Assembly (NCBI RefSeq): GCF_006345805.1
Contig: NC_043003.1
Coordinates: 94,364,001 to 94,428,000, forward strand
Source of the DNA: Octopus sinensis
Lineage: Eukaryota
Direction of reading: 5' to 3'
Length of the DNA: 64,000 nt
Shown here: piece by piece, positions 39,531-52,405 of the stretch
Layout: each line of letters begins with the position of its first letter
How positions within the stretch are numbered: the first letter of the stretch is position 1
Program-made: the position numbers and the translations under genes
Notes under the pieces: generated by a model
The model's input: the letters and a program-made list of their open reading frames with translations, nothing else
What the model was told of the DNA's origin: nothing
Databases searched by the model: none

Positions 39531-40060
39531 CCTTTGCTTTAATATAATAAACAACAACATTTGTTCTACAAAACTAAAGACTATAGTTTTTTTCTTTTTT
39601 CTTCTATTTTTTGTGTAGCAACTACAGTAGTTAGAGAATGATGTTCCATTAACCGCTGCAATTTGATCTAATCAATAAAACATTATTTACTGTCAAATAT
39701 ATTTGTTATTCATTGAGCACACTAAACAGAACTTTGATTGAAATGCTGGAAATACTGATAACTGTTGATTCATATTCTTAAATGAATAGAGCAAATGATA
39801 TGCTTTCAACATCCTTGATTTTATTATCATCGTTATTATTGATATCATTACTATCATTATTTGTGATAATAAATTCACTAATATTATTGTTATTATTCAT
39901 ATTATTATTAAGGCGGCGAAATGACAGGATCGTTTGCAAATTTCAGGTCCTGTGCCTAAGGTAGAAAGGATTGTTATAGTTTTGAAACTGCATTCTGTTG
40001 ACATGAGATCTTTCTCCTTCCCAAAATATATAGTTATTGGAAATTTACCCACATACACAG

Positions 40061-40115
<55 letters not shown>

Positions 40116-40769
40116 TGTATATATGTACCATTTATATATATATATATATATATATATAAAGAGAGACTAATGTTATGATGATCATTAGCAAAAAGCATTA
40201 CTCAAGCAAAACCAAATGAAAGAATCAGTATGATGGCTTTAATTTAAGTGACAGCTCTTGTGAAACGCTAATGAATCCTGAATCACTATGCTAGAAGAAT
40301 ATAGATATCTACACGTTAACGTTGTAAGATAAATATATCGGTGGTGAGCCGGCAGAAACGTTACCATAACAGTCAAAATGCTTAGTGACTTTTCTAACGG
40401 CTTCAAGTTCTGAGTTCCAATGACATCGGTATTCCTTTTGGGATCGATAAAATAAGTTACTTGCTGAGTACAGGAGTCTATGTAATCGATTAATCCTCTT
40501 TGCCAAAATTTCACGTTTTGTGCCTACAGTAGAAATAAATTATCATAATATAAATTTAACTAAATATAGCTGAAGTGAATCAGATAAAGCATCTGCTAGT
40601 ATCATTTTGTGGTTAATTCTTAACGTAAAAGAAAGAAAGTAATAAGTTCTTTGATCTGCATACATCTAACGTGCTTGTTTTAGATCACATTTTGAAGTAT
40701 TGAGAAATTTTTAAATATGTCTTTACATGAAGTTCCTCAAATGCAAACGTAACTATAAATGATTCTTTC

Positions 40770-41390
40770 TAAATTTTGGCACAAGGCCAGCAGCTTTTGA
40801 GGGAAGGTGAAGTCAATTACATCGATTCCAATGTTCAACTGGTACTTATTTATTTTATCGACCCAGAAAGATGAGAAGCAATGATATTTGAACTCAGAGT
40901 GTAAAGCCCGAAGAAATGCCGCTAAACATTTTGTCCTGCGTTGTAACGATCCTGCCAGCTCACTGCTTTAATATAGGTTTCGAATTTTGGCACAAGGCCA
41001 GCAACTTCGGGGAGGGTTAAGTCGATTACATTGATCTCAGTGTTCAACTGGTATTTATTTGATTGAGCCTAAAAGGATGAAAAGTAAAGTCGACCTCGGC
41101 GGAATTTGAACTCAGAACGTAGCGATGGACGAAATGCCACTAAATATTTTTGCCCGGCGTGCTAACGATTCTGCCAACTCGCCGCCTTAATATACCTCTC
41201 TAGTATTTGTGGGAGAGTATAGTCGATTACATCGGCCCCGGTGTTTAACTGGTACTTATTTGATCGACCACGAAAGTATGAAAGATAAAGTTGACCTCAG
41301 CAGAATTTGAACTCTGAATGTAACGACAGACGAAATGCCGCTAATCATTTTGCCCGGCGTGCTAACGATTCTGCAAACTCTCCGTCTTAA
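40770..41390 (-). mobile_element. Head-to-tail array of three SINE units
   Basis: Three units of (ggcacaaggccag)...gtcgattacat...aactggta.ttattt...gaatttgaactc...gctaacgattctgc...gcc(g/t)ttaata. Confidence 0.9.
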
Positions 41391-42169
41391 TACAGATGTA
41401 ATTACTAGCATATTATAAATCGAGTGAAAACTCCTTAGACCGAAACAAGGGGAATTTATCCATTCGTCTGCAGTAAAGTGGACATCCATGATATTATGAT
41501 ACCACACTACGCCCTTCACCAAAATAACTACGCTCTACACCAAAGTAAAATTCGAATTAGAAGCTTTGATCTTACTAGCGAGAAAGAAAACACGTTGTTT
41601 TGAATTAGTTAACATCTTGTTGCTTTTGTTTTGTTTTTTGTTTTTTTTTTTCGTTTTTGTTTTCTGTGGTGTAGTAATATCAAAGCCATCAAGTCTATGA
41701 CAGGCGCGTGACCCTGTCCCCTCGCGTGATGTTCGCTTTTTGCTGTCTAAAGTCTCTTTTTACCCGACATTTTATGAGCTGTTACGAGCTACTTATGAGC
41801 TACTCGGTGGTTAGAGCTTATGATAATTAGGTCGTGGGTTTGATTTGATTCCTGAACCGATCAACTCTTTGTGTCCTTGAGAGTAACATCGTTCTTCGTT
41901 ACTGAAGTCTTCTCAACATCAGCTGAGTGCTAGCGCATCTTTCTCTCCTTTCACCTGTCACATTCTCGTTGTTCTTCTAAGCAAGAGATTACAGAACTGA
42001 GAGGGTATCTATGTCTGCTCTATCTATCTACATAGGCACATAAGACAATTAAAGAAAACATAGTACAAGATCGAGTCATACTCGCTTGCAAGTGACGGCT
42101 AAGATTCTCGCTATATATAAACATATGTATAAATGCGTTTCTGCTTGTGTGTATGTGTGTGTGTGTGTG

Positions 42170-42216
<47 letters not shown>

Positions 42217-43687
42217 GTTCTGTTCAACTATATGGTTCGTTATACTTTATATAATTCTCTCCAGAATATTTGAAAGTTTGTGCACTGGTCAGCCGGCATA
42301 TCATTGCTACGTTTACGAATTATTCCGAAAATTCAATTACTCAACTTTATAAATGATGTATCAGGTTATGGTATTCAATGGTATTCATTGTTAACTATCG
42401 GTTGTCAACTTAGTACCATTATCTAAACTTTCTTATGCTACTATTGGCTGATTTACATTATTCATGACAAAATATTTTCAACTTAACTTCAGCTGAAAGG
42501 CGAGGTAATTAATTCCTGATGAGTTTTCAGATAGTGGAAACCAGTTAGAAAAATCGTTTCTTATAACTGCTGAAGCTTTTATTATATATCCGCTGGTTGT
42601 ATTTTCACAGATAGACTAACTATTAAAATTACTAAACAAATTGCAAATGAATTCCGTATATGTGCGTGTTGAATGGGATAATGCGGGGTGAGATGTCTAT
42701 AATTGCATCGCGAAAATCCATCTCATTCTTTTCGGAAACGCAACATCTGATATATTTATATGTCCTTTATTTTTTAATAGTATTGTCAAACATTTCAAAT
42801 TTACGTTTACTTCTGCGACCATGTCACTGACAAAATTTCGCTACAGCTGCTGAAAGTCATTACAAGGTGAGAACTTATGTACTTCAAAGAAGATTCTGTT
42901 TTACCTTTTTTTTTTATCTTTCCTTGATCATATTCATCTTCGTTACGTCAGTTTCATGTATGAAGTAATTCCTTGGAGGGCCGTTTTTCTATCCCATGTG
43001 AGTGAATTTATTGTTTTGGCGACGACGACAGGGACATTTGACATGTCGATCGGTTGAGATATGTTTCGGCACAGCCGTTTGTGGCGCTGCTTACTTGCCA
43101 TTACTGATTCGATGCTGACTAATTTGACATTAGACGTTCTTACGTTCTTACGTTGTCTCCTTTTCTCTCATTTTCCTTTCTTTCTCTCTCTCTCTCAGTT
43201 TATGCGTGAACATCTAGTTGTGTTTGCATGTACCTCTCTTGCTCTCCTTGTGTGTGTGTATATTTTTGCACATAACACTGCGTGTGCATATGTGTGTCTA
43301 TTTGTGTCTGTGTGTGCGTGTGTGTGTGTGTGTTTGATTCCACTGCCAAAACATACCATAACCAGAACAGCTTGAATGTCCAGTCACTCCTGCCAAAGCG
43401 CCAGCGTCCAAAGAGGCGTGCCCTATTGTCTCATTCTGTTGTGAATCTATTGTGTCGTTGCTTTTTCAACGCTGGACTGTGTGTCGTTGTTGCTTTTACA
43501 TTTAAATCCTCTTGTTTTCATTCCCTTCTCTCTTCCTTCCTCCATACGAATTTGCTTTCCGTCATATCTATTTATTTATTCATGATTTTTACAATATAGG
43601 CAGATATTTTAAAATACTTTCAGACAGTTTATAAATACATAACGAGCATTTTGTTTGATCGTTAACTCTATTCACTTGTTTAGAGTC

Positions 43688-43722
43688 CTAATAACTACTA
43701 CTACTGCTGCTACTACTACTAC

Positions 43723-43779
<57 letters not shown>

Positions 43780-43871
43780 TGATGATGATGATGATGATGA
43801 TAACAGCAACAGAAAAATTTATATTAACAACAATAATAATAATAACAATAATAATAATAATAATAATAATG

Positions 43872-43922
<51 letters not shown>

Positions 43923-43952
43923 GTAATAATAATAGTAATAATAATATTAATA
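43688..43952. repeat. (TAC)/(TAA)n/(GAT)n microsatellite
   Basis: Seen directly. Confidence 0.98.
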
Positions 43953-44320
43953 ACGGACATTGAAATGGGAAGGAAGACCGGATGAGAAGAGGAAACTAAA
44001 GTTTGTGTGATTTTAAAAGCAATAGCTCCACAAGCCCAATTTTCCAAAAGCGACAATAAATTCACAAAGCCAGAATTTTTAAAAAATGCGCACAAAATAT
44101 CTCACAGACAAAAGGACAACTGCTCCTTAGTGAATCACTGTATATACGCATGTGTGTGTATCTGTGGGTGAATTTGTTTGTGTTTGTGTGTGGGTGTGTG
44201 GGTGGGTGTTTTGGCGTGGAGCGGGTTGTATATATATATTCGCACTCACACATATGTATAGAGATATAGATATATATACATATAAAATATATATATATAA
44301 ACATACACACATACACACAT

Positions 44321-44351
<31 letters not shown>

Positions 44352-44394
44352 TACATATATATACGTATATAAAATATATACTCTCTTTTTTACT

Positions 44395-44597
44395 CTTTTA
44401 TTCGTTTCAGTCATTTGACTGCGGCCATGCTGGGGCACCGCCTTTAGACGAGCAAATCGACCCCAAGCCTTTGTAAGCCTAGTACTTATTGTATCGGTCG
44501 TTTTTGCCGAATTGCTAAGTTACGGGGAGGTAAACACACCACCATTAGTTGTCAAGCGATGGTGGCGGGAGCGAATACAGACACAGAAACATACACA

Positions 44598-44686
<89 letters not shown>

Positions 44687-44800
44687 AGGTTCGCGAAGAA
44701 TAAGTACTGAGGTCGATTTCTTCGACTAAAACCTTTTACGTCGGTGCTCTAGCATGGCTGCAGTCAAATGACAGAAACAAGTAAAAGGATAAAAGAATAA
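44395..44800. mobile_element. Two inverted SINE 3' halves separated by (AT)n
   Basis: gtttcagtcatttgactgcggccatgctggggcaccgcc at about 44404 (minus) and gtcggtgctctagcatggctgcagtcaaatgacagaaacaagtaaaag at about 44740 (plus). Confidence 0.8.
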
Positions 44801-45120
44801 ACGAATAAACATTGGACCAAATTACTTTCCAATTATCCACTACTCCGAAACGTGTGTGTATGTCACTTTCTGTCTCTAAGCAGAATAAATATAAGACATC
44901 GACTCTGAAAATGCACAACTAAACAATAGTTAGTGCTGCGATTTAACGTCTACGTGAAATGAACAGTTGGGGAAAATGGTTTTTAAAACTTTTTTAGGAA
45001 ATTATAAATTATTTACTACGATGGGTAAATCTTATTACTGTTCATGTTATCAACTACTTTATTTCGTTTTTGGATTTGGTTTACAAAATTCTTTATATGA
45101 TTTCGTGTGTTGAAGCATTT

Positions 45121-46049
45121 TCTGTTGTGTCTGGGGAGAGTCATTCTCTTTTGGTGCCTTATAATTTAACGCACTCATCGGTAAAATTTCCACTTTTTAA
45201 AATTTTTATAAAATTTTCGTTGCGTCTTGTGACTTTTTCAATATTTTTTTTACTCTGTCCGTTACTCACACTGCGTTCCTTTTTGTTTGTGCGCATGTGT
45301 GTGGATCAGTGTGTGTGTGTGTGTGTGTGTATGCCTATACATGTATGCATGTGCGTGTATGCATGTATGTATGTGTGTGCATATGTATCTATTTATGTGT
45401 GTACATTTGTATGTATTCTGCATATTCATGTGTTTGTATGTCCGTATTTGTGTGTTTTTATGTATGTGTGTGTGCGTGTGTGTGTTTGTATATGTGTGCG
45501 TTTACCTCTGTCACCTTGTTTGTGTGTGTGGGGGTTTTGCAACTATGTACCGTGTTTGTATGTATGGATGTGCATCTCCATATGTGTGGACGTGTGTCTC
45601 TATGTGTCCTTGTGTGAAGTAAAGTGTGTGTGTGTATATATGGTCATGTGTTTCAATCTTTATTTGCGTATGTGTGCTTGTCTGTTCATATAACCTATGT
45701 ACCTATCCGTCTGTATGTTGATCTGTTTACTTTCATATCCATATGCTTACATACATGTGCATATAAATACATATATATATATATATACACCCACACATAA
45801 ATCTATCTACACACACACATATATATATATTTATGTACATACACCCCACACACACACATACATCTATCTACGTAACAGCCCACCAACTATTCTACTCTAC
45901 CTGTTTAAACTGTGGGTATGAAAATATGATATCTACTATGTATATTTCCTATTAGAAAAGCAAAAAAAAATGAAAGAAGTTGAAATTTTACCGGTGAATG
46001 TGTCAAATTATAAGGCACCAAAAGAGAATGACTCCCCAGGCACCACAGA
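45121..46049. mobile_element. Foldback element of about 930 bp: inverted arms of about 78 bp around a simple-repeat core
   Basis: tctg..gtg.ctgggg(ag)agtcattctcttttggtgccttataattt.ac.ca.tca.cggtaaaatttc.actt at 45121-45198 and inverted at 45977-46049. Confidence 0.8.
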
Positions 46050-46317
46050 TTATCAACTACTGTTAAGCTAATAATAATTAGGTTGTCCACATAATTTATT
46101 GTGGTTTTTGTAACAGGAATGTGTGCTTAAAAAACCAGCCATGAACGAACAAAAATAATGAAGCGTATACCACTCCACTGAAGAGCAGAAATAAATTATA
46201 ATCTTATTTAACCCTGCGTTTAAAAGGCAGTGTAAGTGTGTTGTTGGTGGTCTGTTGAGAGAATATTGTAAGTCGGGGCGCTTAAATACATACCAATGAA
46301 TATATAATCTTTCTACT

Positions 46318-46692
46318 CTAGGCACAAGGCCCAAAATTTTGAGGGAGAGGGCCAGTCAATTAGATCGACCCCAGCACGCACCTGGCACTTAACTTATCGA
46401 CGCCGAAAAGATGAAATGCAAAGTCGACAGCGGCGGAATTTGAACGTAAAAACAGACGAAATACCTATTTCTTTATTACCCACAAGGGGCTAAACAGAGG
46501 GGACAAACAAAGACAGACATAGGTATTAAGTCGATTACATCAACCCCAGTGTGTAACTGGTACTTAATTTATCGACCCCGAAAAGATGAAAGGCAAAGTC
46601 GACCGCGGCGGAATTTGAACGTAAAGACAGACGAAATACCGCTAAGCATTTCGCCCAAAGTGCTAAAGTTTCTGCCAGATCGCCGCCTTCTA
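46318..46692 (-). mobile_element. Dimeric SINE with an internal LINE-like tail
   Basis: Same architecture as 20120-20520 and 32918-33247, with linker tttctttattacccacaaggggctaaacagaggggacaaacaaagacagac at 46468-46518. Confidence 0.9.
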
Positions 46693-48025
46693 ATGGCTAT
46701 ATCATAGAGAGGGACAGATGATAGTAGTGATAAGTTAGAACATTTTAACAAATACCTTGTGTGTGAATTAAATGTGTGGGATGAATGGATTTCAGATATA
46801 TTACATATGTGTGTGTAAATGCTATGAGAATCAGTGCAATAGAAATCTCCGATTCATTATCAAAACAATTTGATATACGCATGTCAATTTGATATATAAA
46901 GTAATTTATGGGCTGGTGTCCTCTTACATGTGAGGGATTTTTCTGGTTTGGCGAGGACCAGAAGGTCCTATGATATGTGGACCTACAGAGTTATTATTTT
47001 TTTAATGTTGGATTGTAGAGCGATAACTGTTCTCGTATTTAGTTTCTCTTTGTTTCCTTCGCTCCTTCTCTTTTTGCTCTCCGTTAATCTGTCCTTTTCA
47101 TCTCTTTTTGACTTACATAGTATAGGCAAATATTTTAAAATAGTTTTAGGTTGTGTATAGATATAGGATTTATTTTTGTATTTTCTAATCTATTTATTAA
47201 GCATGACCCCATTGACATGTAGAGAGCTTGTGACTGTAATTCTGTAATACGTAAATTTGTTGCAATAGCTGAGTGTGATCGTAGTCGTTACTTTACTCTG
47301 TTAATTCAGACTGCAGTCTGAACAAATTCCATTAGTAGTTAAATTTCTATTAACTTGGAAGAGCAAATTGCTGAGATATACATTAGTATAGGAAATTACA
47401 TTCTGGTTGTTTCTTTTGGATAATGTTTCGGAGTTAGATTGCTAGAATATTGTTATGTTTCTTATTAGCATATAATGAAAATTTTATAGGATTACTCTTA
47501 ATATTATGCATCAGCGTGGTGAAATAGCTGGCAACATCTTTCTAGTTGGATAAAATACCTTTTGATATTTAGTTACGTCTTTTTCAACCTTCTGAGATTG
47601 ATAAAATATGATATCAATTAGATACTGTAAGAGATGTGTAGCATTGTGTTTATGATAAAAATCGTTACTATGATAGAAATCGTTACTATGCATCATGTAG
47701 AGGCAATCGATGGAAGAATCGGTCAAGTGACAGTTTAAATATCTTGCGGCGTTTAGTTCTGATGAATTTTTATGTTCAGAGTTCGAATCACATTGAGGTT
47801 ACTCTCATGCACCCATCATTTCGAGGACAATAAAATAAGTGTGTTATGTACTGATAGATAGATATATTCGAACATATATATATATTCATTTAAAATGTAT
47901 CTCTTGATGAATAAATATATTCATAATTACCTCTGACAGAAACAAAAAACATTTCCCTTTTGGCAGGTTTTCTCCAAGTCATCATAACAATATATATTAA
48001 ACACATACAATATATATATATATAT

Positions 48026-48364
48026 GCTGAGACCCCCTTCGGTCATGATTGACCATGGGATTGCACCTAGAAAGTTACCCTCCCAGGCACAAGTCCGGGC
48101 AAGGTTGTTTATGGAAGACCAACAGTTGTCCTTGCATACCGGCCTCCCCTCTCCAGGCCACCAGTGTTATCCAAGGGAAATGCAAACGCCGACACAGCTT
48201 GGCATCAGTGTCGTCGCAACTCATTTCTACAGTTGAGTGAACTGGAGCAACGTGAAATAAAGGGTCTTGCTCAAGAACACAACACGCAGTCCGGTCCGGG
48301 ATTGGAACTCACAACCTCACAATCGTAAACTCGACGCTCTAACCACTGACCCATGCGCCTTCAC
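48026..48364 (-). mobile_element. tRNA-derived SINE, second family (about 340 bp)
   Basis: Head gtgaaggcgcatgggtcagtggttagagcgtcg...gagttccaatcccgg followed by gtgttcttgagcaagac. Related decayed copies at about 41790-41940 (+) and 49560-49795 (-). Confidence 0.85.
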
Positions 48365-50819
48365 CACACACACACACACACACATATATATATAACTTAG
48401 AATAACTTAGAAAGGTTTTGGCCAGTATTGGCCCAGGCCATGTCTAACTTATATATATATATATACATATAGAATCTATATATATAAATACATATCTGTG
48501 TGTGCGTGCACTCATATACGTACACTCGCATACATTCATCATACATACATATACATCACTCTCTCTTAGTCACAGTACCATGTCACACAAAATTGTTGTT
48601 GCATGTCTTCCAAATTATATACTGTATCACCTGCAAACTTTTGGTGCCCATTACATTGGTAAAACAACTTATTACCTTGTTGCTTGTTATCGCAAACACA
48701 TCCATAGTTTTTCTAGTGCGTATGACAGGTTAAGTCACAGCTACTTCCTTCAGCACAGCAGGTCATGCCAAGGCCAAAACTCAAACTACAAAATGTCATC
48801 AAGTCAAAAGATCAAATTTCCAAATTCTAAAATATTCTTTGGGGAATAATGATAAAGGTCTTAAAATACATTTAAAGTTTATTTGAGAACTATTACAAGT
48901 GCTTTGGGGTAGCAAAGTCATAGATGTTGCCTTAAATGGCTTGACTTCCGAATATTTCTGCTTCGCTCTTTTATTTCAGCGTATGGATTATTTTTCTTCA
49001 CGTTGATTACAAACATAAACATATCGAAGAACTAAAAGACCGAATTCTGGTTGACTAAAATTAGGTTCATCCTCTTGTTTATCCCCATAACTTTCAGTCT
49101 TTCACTGTGTTGTACAAATATACAATCTCCGGCTGGTATTGAAAACAAAATTTAACAATTGGGAAGACTCTTAAAACCGAAGTATTACAAGCAGTATGGT
49201 CAATTCAGATATCCTTTACGGGTCTCTTTGTTAATTGTAAACAGTTGTGTTTTCAGATATTTTGTATCTTAATATATTGGTACCTTGAGAAAATACATGA
49301 ACCCATCATAATACCGCATATCCATCCCCATTCCTTATAATCACGAGATGTAACTATTTTTTCTTCAGTGCTTAAATTCATTGAAACAAACGGCCTTTCT
49401 ATCATGGTGAACAACATGATAAACTAGAGAGACTTATAAATTATATAGTTGTCTTGCTGTTCATAGAAGTGAACTCACCCAGCATTATCTTAATCTATTC
49501 CCAGTATGTTGAACTTGGATACCGAGTTTCTTTCCCTAGATGGAAAGTAACTCAAGTAAAGCTCCTTCTCGAGTCATACGGTTTCATAGTGCTGGTTTCT
49601 ATGGCGTACATATTCCCCACCTGGACGGGACGCCCATCTGCCGCAGGATTACTCGTTTTTGTCAGCTGCGGAGACTGGAGCAACGGGAACTGAAGTGTTT
49701 TGCTCAAGAGCACAACGCGTCACCCGGTTCAGGAATCGAAACCACTATCTTACGATCATGAGCCCAACACCATAACCACTAAGACTTGTGCCTCCATTCT
49801 CTAGATGTATGCCAGTGCTAACAACACAACTCAAGCTCATTCTTTTGGATAGTTACATTTTAAGCATTATTTCAACTTGCCGTTAACAAGTTTAATAGAT
49901 TCACTTTTTCCAATATAATCGATTTTTTTTAATTACGACACTAATTAATTAAAACATAATCGATTTATTTGATGACGACGATATGCTTGTAGGCCATTTT
50001 ATTCAATTTGTTTCATACCTGCAAAGATTATATGAAGAACTGAATCATTATAAATAGAATATTGTTAGCTGAATTAAATTTCGTTAGATTGCAAGAGATG
50101 TCTTTTCGGACTAAAGATGTTTTGTTCAGCATTTTACAGATGTTAAATTTCTATAAAAACTAAACTTGTCTTGCAAAATTAGCAGCTGTTCCAATCTTTT
50201 GAAGTTTATGTTCACGGGATTGATATTATGAGCAATATTAGTGCCATACGATTTATCAAAGTTACATCTGAAAAGATTTCATTTATAAATTCAAAGCTGA
50301 TTGATTTGAGGTAATGCGGAATACGATCGAATAAGAGTAGTTCTTTTTGGTTATTGAGCTGCTAAACATAGAAGTCAAATATCCACTAATAACCTTTCTT
50401 AAAGAATAAATGAACCTATTTTGAATGCTTTTGATCATAATTCTGCCCGGTCGGAGTTGAACAACAATGATAACTTATTCATTAATATATGCTAACTCTG
50501 TCTTAACAACTACCTTTTGAGGATTCCTTTTGTGAATAATTTACGTTTTATCTAATAAGTTGAGTGATGTTGGAAATAGGATTTTCACGTAGTGAATTAA
50601 TTGATTAAAGGTTCTACCGCCAAAAATGTAAATAGAAGCATTTCTTTCCTGTCAGGCGTCAACAACATTAAGGAAAATCAATCTGTTTACAGATACTGTG
50701 AGGTGAATAAACAGTGACTATTTGTATATAGATGACCTCAAATTGTACCTTAAGAAATGGACAGTACACAGATTTAAGAAAGGAATCGCAAAGAGATTTG
50801 AGTTTGAAGATGGAAATTT

Positions 50820-51336
50820 TAAGATGGCGGGAGGGGATTATGGCTGTAAAATGGAAGTAACTGGAACCGAGCTATTATAGAAGACAGCTTAGAGAGGAAA
50901 AGACAAAAAATTTAGTATCTTCTGGATGGATTACCGAAAAGTATTCAATCGTATACTACTTTCATGGATACTGAAAACACGATAAATAAATCAGCTGATT
51001 ACCAACAAAATAAATCAATAATGACATTACGGAAACAACATTTCCGCAACAAGACAGGGAGAAGATAATTAAAAACAGCGCCATACGCATAAAAAGAACC
51101 ATCACCCAACAAAACTCATTATTCCGCCATCCTTTTGCTAGTACGGATTCTGTTAAAAATCTAATTACTAGAACTACCAACGGTTATAAATGTTATGAAC
51201 AAACTATGAGCCATCTCCTTCATACGGATAATTCGAAAATATTTACAAAATATAATGATTAATTGAAAAACAATTAAAAATTGTTTATAAATTCTGCAAA
51301 GACATAAGAATGAATACGGAACTAGACAAATGGGTA
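50820..51336 (+). pseudogene. Decayed R4/Dong-type (restriction-like endonuclease) LINE, RT domain
   Basis: Frameshifted pieces resembling KRQKNLSISWMDYRK, KRTITQQNSL (for KRGIFQGDSL), SHLLHTDNSKIF (for SHLLYMDDLKIF) and DIRME..LDKW (for DIGMEFGLDKC). A further LYIDDLKLY piece lies at about 50722-50748. Confidence 0.65.
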
Positions 51337-51806
51337 AATTGTAAATTAACCTTTCATCGTTATTTTGTTTCTTATTTTTTTCACCACTTCACACACTTCA
51401 TAATTTATATTCGTAAGTACTCTTTATGCATGTATGTATCATTTTTATTTATACTTCAGTAAGTTTTCTTTAAAATAAAGTGGATGTTTTGTTAAACTCA
51501 TCAAACTACCATACCTTGAAGTAGTCATTTTTTTTTCAACAGATATTTTTCTATGATTGAAAATTTATTGTATAGACAAGATATGCTTCATACGTTTTCC
51601 TTTTTTAGAATAGATATCATTGCAGCCAAATACCTAGTGCACGCCATTTACTTTTCTATATACTTTTCTCTATGACTTCGTTTTTTTTTCCCTGAGATTT
51701 CTACTTTGATCAAGCTTATACCGTATTTCTATTATTTTCCTAACCATATTCTTCTTATATCATTGAGCATAATCTATAGCATTATTTTCCTATTGGTTTA
51801 TGTTCT

Positions 51807-51942
51807 TCCGCCGAAGTTGACTTTGCCTTTCATCCTTTCGAGGTCAATAAACTGAGTACCAGTAAAACACCGAGAGCGGTGTAACTGACTAATCTCCTCC
51901 CCAAAATTTCAGACATTGAGCCTATAGTAGAAAGGATTATTA
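51807..51942 (+). mobile_element. 5'-truncated SINE with a 19-bp TSD
   Basis: tcct(a/g)ttggtttatgttct at 51788-51806 and 51943-51961; a single empty site in the paralog at 60593-60611. Confidence 0.9.
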
Positions 51943-52405
51943 TCCTGTTGGTTTATGTTCTACTCACTATCAACCTCATTAACTGGAAATGTGTAGCTTA
52001 ATGTTGCATTATTCAATCAATGTTTCATGCTTCAATACACAACAGATATTATGTGAGCTTAGTTACGTAGTAAACTGGATTGCCTATAGTTTATTACTGT
52101 TACTGATTGTATCCATCTTGGATGGATGAAAGATAAAGTCCACTCCAGAGAGATTTGATCCCTGAACATAAATGGGACCCTGAAATACTACTTCCTATTA
52201 TGTCCGATATTCCAGCAGTTCTACCTAGCCACTGCATTAATATATTATCAAGAAATATGTCATCATTTGCAAGAAGATTATTATTTACATTCTTCCTTTG
52301 TTGGCCTCATTCATTCATGATGGAATAAGTTACTTTACTTTGCTTTATTAGTGTTCCGTAAATAGATGATCAGCCATTTGCTCATAATACATTACTCAGC
52401 AATGA

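Noticed and set aside
42514-42555. CTGATGA...GAAAC with an ACCAGT near-palindrome
   Set aside because: Helix II cannot close at its base and helix I is at most 3 bp; at best a decayed remnant.
48502-48849. 115-aa ORF, and an antisense AGDT similar to the NR-like segments
   Set aside because: The similarity is limited to about 12 nt with no downstream cysteine pattern; the ORF is unrecognised.
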